Shown here one piece after another: positions 20,778 through 30,017 of a stretch of 64,000 nt of DNA. The notes beneath the pieces were generated by a model. It had not been told where the DNA came from, searched no databases, and was given only the letters and a program-made list of their open reading frames with translations. The stretch is taken from positions 133,152-197,151 of the forward strand of contig JACKFI010000001.1 in the NCBI GenBank assembly GCA_020632555.1, written 5' to 3'. Source of the stretch: Candidatus Omnitrophota bacterium (GTDB lineage: Bacteria > Omnitrophota > Gorgyraeia > Zapsychrales > JANLHA01). The translations under genes were made by a program, and so were the position numbers. How positions within the stretch are numbered: the first letter of the stretch is position 1; each line of letters starts with the position of its first letter.

Positions 20778-21773
20778 TTAAATAAGATTGTTGACCTTTA
20801 GTAAACCACACAACTGTTTTAATGTAAATCGCTTATTAACTGCCAAATACGTCTGCTGTTTATTCGCTTTGTAATGATCTTTATGCTGACCAATGGTCTG
20901 ATAATTGTAAAATAAACTTGTCCGATAAATCAGTTGAAATATCTTTTCTGCGAATTGTGAATATGGGAATGATTGATTGTTCCTTTGATATAAGGGCGCC
21001 AATCCTAATGATATCTGTTCGAATCCTTCTTGTTTAAATTGAAACAAAGCATTGAGTATTAAAAAATCCTGGGATCCTAAAGGCGCTTTATCAGATACCC
21101 GAAGATGTTGAAGGGTGTAACTTAACACCTGACCTGTGTTCATTTTAGAAAAAATTGGATCAAAAGTGCAAAATCCAATGATATCTTTGTTTTTGACCAT
21201 ATAGAAATATCTAACCCCTGGCTCTTTGGTCCCATTAAAGGGCCGAGCCATAAACCGCAATTCTTTAGAACCCGGTTTTACTTTGAGCCATTGATCATTG
21301 ATGTCCCAGACTTTTTGAGCGTCAGCGTTATACTCAAAAACAAAATACTTTTGATTATTCAATTTTGAAAGATAACTCTTTAAACATTTTCTTTTTTTCC
21401 AAGACACCTCAAAATCTTGAGTATTGATCACATGCTCAACACCAAACCCATTGATTGTATAATTTAAACATTTTAATACTGTTGCATAGTCATAAGAAAT
21501 CTGACAATAAACAGCATTTTTGTGCTTTTGCTCAAACAAAACGGTTGCTTTTAACATTTCACTTTTGGGTGTTATCGGATCAGAAAGCACAAAATCAACA
21601 CCCCAAACAGATGTATAAGGAATAAAGCCTTGAAACGACGGATGACGAAATTCTCGAATGTCTTTCTGAAGAGCTGAATAAGACATGCTATTGGTACCGT
21701 ATTTCAAGATATTTTCAATCTTTATATGATTGTCAAAATTTACCAATGATTTATTTAAGGTTTGTCCGCTCAT
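20778..21773 (-). CDS. DUF2156-like protein (aminoacyl-phosphatidylglycerol synthase C-terminal-domain family)
   Basis: 331 aa. Pattern GFIPYTSVWGVDFVLSDPI ... GFGVEHVINTQDFEVSWKKRKCLKSYLSK resembles the MprF/LPG-synthase C-terminal tandem-GNAT domain. Called from memory of the family. Confidence 0.45.
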   Translation of the reverse strand: MSGQTLNKSLVNFDNHIKIENILKYGTNSMSYSALQKDIREFRHPSFQGFIPYTSVWGVDFVLSDPITPKSEMLKATVLFEQKHKNAVYCQISYDYATVLKCLNYTINGFGVEHVINTQDFEVSWKKRKCLKSYLSKLNNQKYFVFEYNADAQKVWDINDQWLKVKPGSKELRFMARPFNGTKEPGVRYFYMVKNKDIIGFCTFDPIFSKMNTGQVLSYTLQHLRVSDKAPLGSQDFLILNALFQFKQEGFEQISLGLAPLYQRNNQSFPYSQFAEKIFQLIYRTSLFYNYQTIGQHKDHYKANKQQTYLAVNKRFTLKQLCGLLKVNNLI

Positions 21774-21945
21774 GATAAATTCCTCTCTGGTCTAGGCATA
21801 ATTGGGCCAAGGTCCCCCTACCAAAAAATAATTGGGTCCCATCTTTTCCTTATTGATTGTTCTCTTTGAAGGCTCTTGCTCAACAAAACAATCTTTGCAA
21901 TTTATACCGTGCAACTTTGCATAAATTGTTTGCGCTAATCTTTTT

Positions 21946-23214
21946 TTATCCAATAGTGTTTGTGCACACATGATTCATCTCCCTTTTTAGTTTATGTGTT
22001 CTTCCGTATTTCTTATGGGCTTGAGTAAAGTGTCCGGCCGCAATGGCAGCCGCAATTGAGATTTCTCCTGCCAGAACAGTGGCGGCACAAATTTCAGCAA
22101 ACTTTTTTGATTTATCTTTTCCATAACAATCCATCAGTTCTAAACATTCTTTCTGAGTGGGAAGATGCGTTCCTCCACCCACAGTGCCCACAATCAAATT
22201 GGGCAATGAAATGGAGATATAAAGATCCCCTTGTTTGGTTAACTCCGCCCTGGAGGTCCCTGTTGAGGACTCAGCAACACAAGCAGCATCTTGACCACAA
22301 GCAATAAAAAGAGCTGTCAAAGCATTGGAGAAATGCGCATTGACCCCAATAGAACCACTGTGAATGCCGCCGACCATAGCCATATTGCTATACTCAACAA
22401 ATTCTTCAGGCGTTGTATGCAAAAACTTTTTGACTAGCAATTTATTGATAGTAACTTCGGCCAACATATTTTTTCCTCTACCTGCATATTGAGATAGCCT
22501 AGTGGCCTTTTTATCTCCAGAAAGATTGGCATCGATATACCATTTATTGGGTTTAATGGGACTGAACTTTTCAATATAGTGACAAATCGCGTCGGTGGCG
22601 ATAGTCACCATATTCTGCCCAGCCGCATCCCCGCTAACAAACTTAAAGTTAATCCAAACATATTTACCGTCTATCTTAGAATCAAAATCTTCAAGGTGAC
22701 CATAACGGGTTGTTGTTGTAACGATATCTCTTAAAATAGTAAAATGCTCTGATACCCAAGCCACAAATTGCGCGGACTCAAAAATACTATTAAAAATAAA
22801 TCCAGGCGAGCGCGTTATCGTTTCGGAAATACACAAAACATTCGCTCCACCACTGAGTGTTATAATCTTTGCTCCTCTGTTATAGGAGGCCACCAAAGCC
22901 CCTTCAGTGGTCGCTAATGGGACGTGCCATGAGCCACCCGCATAAGCCCCATTGACTCTCAAGGGACCAATCAATCCAATTGGAATCTGAGCCATACCAT
23001 AAAAGTTCTCTATATTCCCATCAAAAATACTGGGATCTTGAATCTTCTTGATTCCAGCCAAATAAGGCCCAGCTGGCGGTTGCTGATTTTTCATAGGTTT
23101 TACCCCAATCCCGTGATTCTTAATGTTATTTTTTATTTGACCTAAAACTTCCGAATCAATGATTGTATTTAACCTCGTTTTCATTTGACTTTTTGATATA
23201 TACATTTCGCTCAC
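21946..23214 (-). CDS. Hydroxymethylglutaryl-CoA reductase
   Basis: 422 aa. ENFYGMAQIPIGLIGPLRVNG, PLATTEGALVAS, SGDAAGQNM, GTVGGGTHLPTQ. Its start abuts the stop of the upstream gene (23214/23215). Confidence 0.9.
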   Translation of the reverse strand: MSEMYISKSQMKTRLNTIIDSEVLGQIKNNIKNHGIGVKPMKNQQPPAGPYLAGIKKIQDPSIFDGNIENFYGMAQIPIGLIGPLRVNGAYAGGSWHVPLATTEGALVASYNRGAKIITLSGGANVLCISETITRSPGFIFNSIFESAQFVAWVSEHFTILRDIVTTTTRYGHLEDFDSKIDGKYVWINFKFVSGDAAGQNMVTIATDAICHYIEKFSPIKPNKWYIDANLSGDKKATRLSQYAGRGKNMLAEVTINKLLVKKFLHTTPEEFVEYSNMAMVGGIHSGSIGVNAHFSNALTALFIACGQDAACVAESSTGTSRAELTKQGDLYISISLPNLIVGTVGGGTHLPTQKECLELMDCYGKDKSKKFAEICAATVLAGEISIAAAIAAGHFTQAHKKYGRTHKLKREMNHVCTNTIG

Positions 23215-23823
23215 CTACCTTTCCACTCGCATGGCGAGTTGCTCTTGACGAAAGTTCTGGTCATTTTTTAACCCTAGGATTTGATTTTTTAAATTCTGAT
23301 CAAATGGTTTTTCCCCAATCCATACCGAAAATAAAGCCTTGGCAAAATCATTGCCTTGAATAACTCCGGTGAGTTGATCATTATGAGCAAACTTTGTACC
23401 AACTCCGGGAATATACGTTAATGAAAATCTATCGCCGGGTTTTAAATCAACAAAATATTGGCCCATTAAATCAACTTCTGCGGCAATGCTGTTGAATTGC
23501 TCATTGGTTATATTTTCTTTCATCGTATCAATTGTAAAATTGTTGAGTTTTTTGCCAGGGATTTTAACGAAATACTCAACTTCAATTCTTTTTGCTGTCT
23601 GGCCGAGAACAATTTCTTGATCAATCGCATCTGTATAAAAACCAGCAACAAAGGCCTTAAAAAAGACCACGGTCTTTAAACCTGTTCCTTGAAGAGTCAT
23701 GCTAATGCCTTCGTCTTGATAAGTCTCTTCAAAATTAACGCCAACAATCTGTGCCGCATTGGCATTGAATGAAATAAAAATGCTGCACAAAAAAGTTGTG
23801 ACAAAAATATTAATTTTCTTCAT
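23215..23823 (-). CDS. Secreted chalcone-isomerase-like (fatty-acid-binding fold) protein
   Basis: Start moved to MKKINIF (23823). Signal peptide ..FNANAAQ. VAGFYTD and C-terminal KALFSVWIGEKPFDQNLKNQILG resemble the bacterial Chalcone_3 family. Confidence 0.5.
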   Translation of the reverse strand: MKKINIFVTTFLCSIFISFNANAAQIVGVNFEETYQDEGISMTLQGTGLKTVVFFKAFVAGFYTDAIDQEIVLGQTAKRIEVEYFVKIPGKKLNNFTIDTMKENITNEQFNSIAAEVDLMGQYFVDLKPGDRFSLTYIPGVGTKFAHNDQLTGVIQGNDFAKALFSVWIGEKPFDQNLKNQILGLKNDQNFRQEQLAMRVER

Positions 23824-24313
23824 TTGACCTCCCCTGACTATTGGCACTGTTTAAGATGGATGAAGTCGTATAATTAAAAGCAACTCCTAAATAACCCATG
23901 CTCTTGGACTGCATAGAACCTTTGAAATAATTTTGGCTTTGTTGATACTCTAGCTGGTCGGGGAAAAACATAGCCGCGATATATTGACAGCTTATGGTAA
24001 ATTTTCTTTTTGGAGAGACCAGAACACTAAAATATCTATCCGTCAAATCCGGCACTATCCGACTTTCCTCAATATCCCAAAAAAGGAAATTATTAACCAT
24101 CACGGGAAAGTCATTGGGATTAAATATCGTTATTAATATGTCGTGGCGTGTTCTCAGTTCACCATGCTGATCTGTAGTTCCACAAATAAAATCAGCCCGA
24201 TTCTCATACTCAATAGGATCTTGAATATATGCTTGGACGCTGACAACAGTGCTGGCCGCAATGATTGCAGCAAAAAGTAGAATTTTGATAAGTTGATTGA
24301 TTTTGACTGTCAT
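23810..24313 (-). CDS. Hypothetical secreted protein
   Basis: Start moved to MTVKINQL (ATG 24313), preceded by AAGGAG. N-terminal signal/TM helix. No recognisable domain. Confidence 0.5.
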   Translation of the reverse strand: MTVKINQLIKILLFAAIIAASTVVSVQAYIQDPIEYENRADFICGTTDQHGELRTRHDILITIFNPNDFPVMVNNFLFWDIEESRIVPDLTDRYFSVLVSPKRKFTISCQYIAAMFFPDQLEYQQSQNYFKGSMQSKSMGYLGVAFNYTTSSILNSANSQGRSNEEN

Positions 24314-24431
24314 TGCTCTGCTCTCCTTTATGTTGCTAGAATAGCAGGCTCCAAAAAACAATCAACGCCGCATGATACACTACATAACATGTATATAAAA
24401 GTAAGTGTTTAGTATATTTCTTGAAATCTTC

Positions 24432-25256
24432 TTAAAGCGTTTGAAGATAAGTGGTTAGGTTAACATCCTTGTTTGTTATACCTAATTTATTGCGGATTCT
24501 GTTCCGATGAGTCTCTACAGTCTTGGAAGAAATGTTTAACATTTCTACAATTTCTTTGCTGCTAACTCCGTTTTTAATGAGATTGGCGATCTCGACTTCA
24601 CGTGGGGATAATTTCAACTGCTGCTCAGAAACCTTAATGCCAAAAGTTGAAGTTAAGTCTTTCAAGTTCTTCTCTAAAATGTCAATATACTTTTTGTCTA
24701 AGCGGGTTCCTTTTCGCTTGATTTTCTTTAAAGCGGGAATCAAAACTTCCTCGACATTCATCACAACCCCTTCTTTGATTCTTTTTTTCTCTAATTCTAT
24801 TTGCTCCAAAATCTCCTTCAATGCCCCATTTTTTTGCTCGATAGCTTGCTCTGATTTCTTGCGATCGGTTATGTCATGCTGAATAGCGATATAATGAGTC
24901 AAATTCCCCGATTCATCCTTGATGGGCTCAATATGCCACTCATTCCAAAACTCGGAACCATCTTTGCGATAGTTAATGGCTTGCCCATAAAACACTTCTC
25001 CGGCTTCTAATGCTGCTCTAAGCCTGCGGGTAACAGATTGATCTGTCTTTGGCCCTTGTAGGATGCGAGGCGTCTTTCCCAGCACGTCCTCGGGCAAATA
25101 GCCGGTCATCCTTGTAAAACCCGGATTCACATAAAGAATTTTAGGGCCGGGCGGATCCAAATCTTTTGTTGTGACAATAATCGAATCTTGAGTAAAGTGA
25201 ACCACAGAGGCCAGAAGCTTTTCATCTGCTTGATATTTTGAATTGTATTGACTCAT
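24432..25256 (-). CDS. LOV-like PAS domain + LuxR-type HTH transcriptional regulator
   Basis: PAS core PKILYVNPGFTRMTGYLPEDVLGKTPRILQGPKTDQ ... INYRKDGSEFWNEWHIEPI ... HYIAIQHDITDRK. Coiled linker. C-terminal LSPREVEIANLIKNGVSSKEIVEMLNISSKTVETHRNRIRNKLG. Start taken at MSQYNSKY (25256, AGGAAA upstream); the track ORF extends to 25325. Confidence 0.85.
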   Translation of the reverse strand: MSQYNSKYQADEKLLASVVHFTQDSIIVTTKDLDPPGPKILYVNPGFTRMTGYLPEDVLGKTPRILQGPKTDQSVTRRLRAALEAGEVFYGQAINYRKDGSEFWNEWHIEPIKDESGNLTHYIAIQHDITDRKKSEQAIEQKNGALKEILEQIELEKKRIKEGVVMNVEEVLIPALKKIKRKGTRLDKKYIDILEKNLKDLTSTFGIKVSEQQLKLSPREVEIANLIKNGVSSKEIVEMLNISSKTVETHRNRIRNKLGITNKDVNLTTYLQTL

Positions 25257-25497
25257 GCTTGTGAAATTTCCTAAAGTTTTAATCACTTTTCCCCTAATTC
25301 TACGTTGACTTGTGCAACATGACAAGTGAATTTACGAGCCTGAAAACATCCCTTGATCATTCTTTTCTCATGACTATTAATAGTGGTTTTATTGTCAAAA
25401 GGCGGGATAGAACTATCTTCGATAGGTTCAGGTTATGAAAGGTCTAGCCTGATTCCCAACCTGTTTAATAACAATATGTTGCGTGATGGTCAAAAAA

Positions 25498-25515
25498 ATG
25501 TGCCAGATTTGTGCC
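25498..25515 (-). promoter_or_regulatory. sigma54-promoter-like motif, copy 1
   Basis: Minus strand reads ATAGGCACAAATCTGGCACATTT (GGCAC-N5-TGGCA, compared with consensus TGGCAC-N5-TTGCA). About 240 nt upstream of the PAS-LuxR start and 40 nt downstream of the fic stop. Confidence 0.4.
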
Positions 25516-25556
25516 TATCCTAAAGAGCTACTTTTTTTGATGATAAGCCGACCTGA

Positions 25557-26690
25557 TTAAGTGTCCTTCAATGCGTAACTTGTGCTGCGCCCACCCGCGG
25601 TTTCTTTTACTAAAATACCCTTTTCAACAAGATCGAGAATATCGCGCAACGCCGTGTCCTGTGAACACTGGGTGATCTTCGCCCATTTAGAAGAAGTGAG
25701 CTTGCCTTCAAAACCATCAAACAACTTATTGATGATCATCTTCTGCCTCTCGTTAAGGGATTGGGCAGGATGAGATTCCCAAAAACGCGCTTTCTTAAAT
25801 ACACCCGACAAAGTATTTTCAGTTGCATCCAACGCCCGACCCAAACAGCTCAGGAACCACACAAGCCATGGCGTAATATCAATGCCGTCTTTTGTGGCAC
25901 GGTTACTTTTCTGTGTTTTTTCAAGAATATCATAATAGGCATTCCGTTCCTGCCGGATCTGATTCGACATGCTGTAAAAACGCTCCCGGCTGCCGTCGGC
26001 ACGTGCCAGTTGCATATCGGCAATAGCCCGGGCAATTCTTCCGTTACCATCATCAAAAGGATGAAGTGTCACAAACCACAAATGCCCAATACCAGCTTTG
26101 AGCACAGGATCTAAATCCTTTGTGAGCGAAATCGAAGTGTTAAACCATTTCAGAAATTCCTTCATTTCACTTTTAAGACGGTTGGCCTGCGGTGCTTTAT
26201 AATGAACCTTCTCCCGGCCGATAGGACCAGACACAACTCTCATGGGACCATGCTTATCGTCGCGCCAATCAGCCACTGTAATTTTATGCATTCCGCTTCT
26301 ACCGGTTGGGAATAAACTGGCATGCCAGCCAAACATTCGATCCTGCGTAAGGGGCTTGTCAAATTTCTGTGTGGCATCGAGCATCATTTCCACCACTCCA
26401 TCCACATGACGATCAGAAGGCACAAGTCCACCGATGTCCATGCCCAGCCTGCGTGCAATGGATGACCGCACTTTGGCAGGGTCAAGAATCTCACCTTCAA
26501 TTTCACTACTTTTTAAAACATCAAGGGTGAGAGTCTGCAGGATTGCCTCGGAACGCAAAGAAAAACCCAATGCTTCCATTCTTCCAATCAGTCGCCCTTG
26601 GCGATTGCGGACAGTCCCCAAGATAGACGCGACCTTTTCGTGATCCCATGTCAATTTAGGCCAAATGGTTAATTCATGAATGTATTTCAT
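25557..26690 (-). CDS. Fic/DOC family protein (AMPylase-type) with N-terminal DUF4172-like region and C-terminal winged helix
   Basis: 377 aa. Fido motif HPFDDGNGRIARA. N-terminal WPKLTWDHEKV. C-terminal ..ALRDILDLVEKGILVK. Confidence 0.9.
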   Translation of the reverse strand: MKYIHELTIWPKLTWDHEKVASILGTVRNRQGRLIGRMEALGFSLRSEAILQTLTLDVLKSSEIEGEILDPAKVRSSIARRLGMDIGGLVPSDRHVDGVVEMMLDATQKFDKPLTQDRMFGWHASLFPTGRSGMHKITVADWRDDKHGPMRVVSGPIGREKVHYKAPQANRLKSEMKEFLKWFNTSISLTKDLDPVLKAGIGHLWFVTLHPFDDGNGRIARAIADMQLARADGSRERFYSMSNQIRQERNAYYDILEKTQKSNRATKDGIDITPWLVWFLSCLGRALDATENTLSGVFKKARFWESHPAQSLNERQKMIINKLFDGFEGKLTSSKWAKITQCSQDTALRDILDLVEKGILVKETAGGRSTSYALKDT

Positions 26691-26721
26691 GGCAAATTCC
26701 TGCGGTGAATAGTCTCATTAT

Positions 26722-26765
26722 TCTACGCATACTATGCGGAGAATATACCATGTTTTCTCCGCATA
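26722..26765. promoter_or_regulatory. Candidate operator upstream of fic
   Basis: Palindrome TCTACGCATA-c-TATGCGGAGA (26722-26742) plus a third half-site TCTCCGCATA (26756-26765), 30-75 nt upstream of the fic ATG. Confidence 0.35.
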
Positions 26766-26877
26766 CACAAGAGAGATTTAAATCTATATTGCTCCCTACT
26801 AAAAGAAAGCGTCATTGGATATAACGGCTATGTCCAATCATATCCAATTATTGAATCTTTCCATGAGATTTGAAACG

Positions 26878-26895
26878 ATGTGCCGGATTCCTGCC
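26878..26895 (-). promoter_or_regulatory. sigma54-promoter-like motif, degenerate copy 4, fused to an 18-nt palindrome
   Basis: Minus strand reads GTAGGCAGGAATCCGGCACATCG (3 differences from the 18-nt core). About 190 nt upstream of fic. Overlaps CCTGCCTACCGGCAGGCA (26890-26907). Confidence 0.25.
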
Positions 26896-26918
26896 TACCG
26901 GCAGGCAGGTGTGCCAAG

Positions 26919-27866
26919 TTATAATCGATCTGAATATTGTGAGATTGTACTTAAAATTTCATCAAACGATATTTGCCCCTGATAATACAATGTTGCAGTT
27001 TTTAGGCACTCCTTCTTAAATTGATCTCTTATCTTCGTATCTTTCAGCAAAAAAGCCTCCTGCTTTGCAATAGGAAACTTTTGATCTGCGACGGGAAATC
27101 TCTTCTTCTTATGCTCGTTGTATTCTGAAGTCCCGATAAACTTCTGAACCGTATCGTTTTGCAAAAGGCAAGCAACATCGTAATAATGCCGGATAAAATT
27201 AGCAGGCATCTTTCCGGACTCTTGCAGTTTCCGAAACTTTGTTGCGATTGTTTGCAATTTCTCAACAAACGTATAACCCAGATGATAGCACAAAACACCA
27301 CCAGCTCTATTATCCTTAACCTTGAGTCCATTCTGCAATGCAAAATCAAGCGCCCAAGAGCTAATATCCATCGGGCTGTTGGGCGTCACCTCATCAAACC
27401 CAACTTCGAGCAATACACCCTCTTTTATGCCGCCGGCAACAGAGAAAGCACTTTTGTAAAAAAGCCGTATTCCACCGCTAAAGAATTTTTCATTATCAAA
27501 TTCCGTGTCACGAATAATTCTTTGTATCCCATCAATATTAATTTTCTTCGCCAACCAGTCATAGTATTTCTTACGGCTTGCACAATGATCTGGTTTTATA
27601 TGGTTTGGACCTGTCTTGACTTCCATGCCGGCAGGCGGTTCGATACGAATATCAATGTCCTCAGAAAATCGATGAATAATGCCATACCCTTTTGAGAGCG
27701 ACGTACCTCCTTTGAGCTCGAAGGTAAATCCCCCTTGTTGCAAACCATATAAAACATGCATGATCCAATAATCTTTTTCAACCAGACTACGCTCTATCTT
27801 TTTTTCATGCTCTACAGCTCGCAAGAGTTCTTTAAATTCAGCGTGGTTATGTAAATAATCAGACAT
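26919..27866 (-). CDS. AbiEii/AbiGii nucleotidyltransferase toxin (type IV TA, DUF1814)
   Basis: 315 aa. LKGGTSLSKGYGIIHRFSEDIDI nucleotidyltransferase motif. 8-nt overlap with the upstream antitoxin-like gene. Confidence 0.85.
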   Translation of the reverse strand: MSDYLHNHAEFKELLRAVEHEKKIERSLVEKDYWIMHVLYGLQQGGFTFELKGGTSLSKGYGIIHRFSEDIDIRIEPPAGMEVKTGPNHIKPDHCASRKKYYDWLAKKINIDGIQRIIRDTEFDNEKFFSGGIRLFYKSAFSVAGGIKEGVLLEVGFDEVTPNSPMDISSWALDFALQNGLKVKDNRAGGVLCYHLGYTFVEKLQTIATKFRKLQESGKMPANFIRHYYDVACLLQNDTVQKFIGTSEYNEHKKKRFPVADQKFPIAKQEAFLLKDTKIRDQFKKECLKTATLYYQGQISFDEILSTISQYSDRL

Positions 27867-28452
27867 GTGCTAAGTTTCCCTCTAACATCCATTGATTAAA
27901 TAAAGTTTTTGTTCTTTCTCCTGCATAAACATTGACCGCGCGCTTCATCTGAGATTCTGGTTCTTTCAGCACTTTTTCCTTAACACTTCGCAAAACACTT
28001 TCCCGATCTTCCGCTAACTCATTTAAATTGTTCAGTAAATCAACCAGTAGAAATTCTTCGGACAATTCTCTGGGGAATTTATGCTTTAATCGAAAATCAA
28101 ACTCCTTTCCACCAAGAACGAATTGACCATGCCGTTTATGATTATAAACAAAGCGCGTATTGTACAACTGCGTAGTTCCCACTCCTAAAGAATTGTAAAG
28201 GTTAGGCGAGGTTAAAAGAAAATCATCGCTTTTTAAGAAGGCCCGTACCAATTTTTCGTCTTCCGGTGGCACAGAGCCAAACGAGGCTTTTGCAGGATAA
28301 TAGTACAATCCCTGTGACATTTTTTGCAAGGTCCCCTCATCAACCAGTTGCTTTAAATGCCGATCAACCGCGGTTGACCATTGCTCCAGATCAACCCTGC
28401 GATAAACCTGTCCCGGTTTTAAATGCCTTTTAAGTTCGCTAAGCGCGTCCAC
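27859..28452 (-). CDS. AbiEi-family antitoxin-like protein (wHTH)
   Basis: 197 aa. N-terminal wHTH-like HLKQLVDEGTLQKMSQGLYYYP. Positioned directly upstream of AbiEii and overlapping it. Confidence 0.65.
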   Translation of the reverse strand: MDALSELKRHLKPGQVYRRVDLEQWSTAVDRHLKQLVDEGTLQKMSQGLYYYPAKASFGSVPPEDEKLVRAFLKSDDFLLTSPNLYNSLGVGTTQLYNTRFVYNHKRHGQFVLGGKEFDFRLKHKFPRELSEEFLLVDLLNNLNELAEDRESVLRSVKEKVLKEPESQMKRAVNVYAGERTKTLFNQWMLEGNLAHV

Positions 28453-28568
28453 GTCTTCTGCCTCCTACTTACCTCAAGTATAAAGAGTTTTCTCTAAGAA
28501 TGCAACAATATTAATTTAAAATTCATGCAAATAAAGTGGAAGGACGCACCCAAGATGCTGATATAAAT

Positions 28569-29918
28569 CTAATTGTGATGATTAGCCATCATCCAATCAA
28601 GCACCCCTTTAACACGACGCCAGACAGTAGCCATCTCATGGGCATAATACCGAGCCTCATCCTCTCCGCCCATAGATAAATAATCAGGAATCGCCTTCAA
28701 ACGGAAACCTTTGACAAGATAATTAGGAATAAATTTATTTGTTTTAAAAGCGCGCGCCATCATTTCCCTTGATTGCAACGAATCACCTTCTTTAATAAAC
28801 CACACCAACGCCCTCGTGTAGCACCATGGCGCGGAGCAATCATTCGCATACGGCCCATCCTCCATGAATTGTTCAAGTTCCGCAAATTTCGATCTCTTTG
28901 CCAGATAGCCTGCAAGAACATAGCGCATTCCCTGATTGTCATTCTCATTCAAACACAGCATATCGCGACACACCTCAATCGCTTCGGCATGCTTACCAAG
29001 CTCCCATAAAATTTCCTGAAGTCCAGCCAAAGCGCGCATATACGGCCTTGATTCCAGCAAAGCCCAAAATTGTCCGGCATTCTCTATAAAAAATTTTTGC
29101 CCTAATGCTTCTTTGCCAACCCTAACCCCTTGTAAAAAGTAGGTTGCGGCTTCGTCAAGATACTCTGCTGAATCACCTAAAACAACGTAGGCATCCGTGC
29201 AATTCGGATCAAGATTTAAAGCTTTTTGAGCCAAACCAACACGCTCATCAGAATCAGCCCGCTCCCATGCTTCATAAATCAACTCTTGAGCGATACGTGC
29301 AGGCGACGCATCTGCGAGCTCAGAGGCGGCTTCACCCAATTCTCTTCTTAAGTAAGTCTTCAAATCTTCCTCTTTTGGAATACCCCAAAGAATATTTCTA
29401 AGATCTGGTGGGACCTTGTAACCGTAAAGTGCCGAAAACGTCTCGATCGGAAACCCGTATTTCAGCGCTCCCATGGGCATGCCATTCAATTGAGCGGCTA
29501 CGACGGCCGCAGGATCCTCGTCCTTCTTAGCTTTACTCAGCCACCAGCGGGAATTTAAGACCATCTGGTTCATGGAGGCAAGCACACTGCGATCATTGGC
29601 TTTATCGACGACAATCTCGTCACAGCCTTGCAAAACTTTCTGCATCATTTCACTTGGACAATGCGTATGAAACATAGCACGCGAAAGCCCTTTGTAAAAA
29701 AGTTCACGAAGGTTTTTGAGATCCTTTTTCTTCACTCCCGCGACAAGGAAAGAAAACAGCGTCGATCGATGAGTAAAAAGCAGCTGCTTCTTGTGCTCAT
29801 GATAAAATAAATTCACGAACCATTCTGAAACAGATGGACTATCAGTGTTCAAAGATAAAGACTGAGGCTTGATACCGCTAAACAATAAAAACTTTTGTGT
29901 CCCACGTAAAAGAATCAT
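28569..29918 (-). CDS. Hypothetical protein with C-terminal TPR-like helical repeats
   Basis: 449-aa ORF, coherent with no internal stops. C-terminal half is helical-repeat-like (AQELIYEAWERADSDERVGLAQKALNLDPNCTDAYVVLG). No function assignable. Confidence 0.55.
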   Translation of the reverse strand: MILLRGTQKFLLFSGIKPQSLSLNTDSPSVSEWFVNLFYHEHKKQLLFTHRSTLFSFLVAGVKKKDLKNLRELFYKGLSRAMFHTHCPSEMMQKVLQGCDEIVVDKANDRSVLASMNQMVLNSRWWLSKAKKDEDPAAVVAAQLNGMPMGALKYGFPIETFSALYGYKVPPDLRNILWGIPKEEDLKTYLRRELGEAASELADASPARIAQELIYEAWERADSDERVGLAQKALNLDPNCTDAYVVLGDSAEYLDEAATYFLQGVRVGKEALGQKFFIENAGQFWALLESRPYMRALAGLQEILWELGKHAEAIEVCRDMLCLNENDNQGMRYVLAGYLAKRSKFAELEQFMEDGPYANDCSAPWCYTRALVWFIKEGDSLQSREMMARAFKTNKFIPNYLVKGFRLKAIPDYLSMGGEDEARYYAHEMATVWRRVKGVLDWMMANHHN

Positions 29919-29994
29919 TTTTTAATAACCTAACGTTGTTAAATCACCTACAAGCGCCCTCGTTTTGTCATACACTGCGTAATGGTCAATAAAA

Positions 29995-30012
29995 ATGTGC
30001 CAGATTTGTGCC
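29995..30012 (-). promoter_or_regulatory. sigma54-promoter-like motif, copy 2
   Basis: Minus strand reads TGTGGCACAAATCTGGCACATTT (TGGCAC-N5-TGGCA). 77 nt upstream of the 449-aa ORF start. It shares a further ~17 nt (TTGACCATYACGCA) with copy 1. Confidence 0.45.
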
Positions 30013-30017
30013 ACATG

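Noticed and set aside
27159-27695. Plus-strand 178-aa ORF antisense to the AbiEii gene
   Set aside because: AbiEii on the minus strand has the diagnostic nucleotidyltransferase motif. The plus-strand frame has no recognisable features and no ribosome-binding site.
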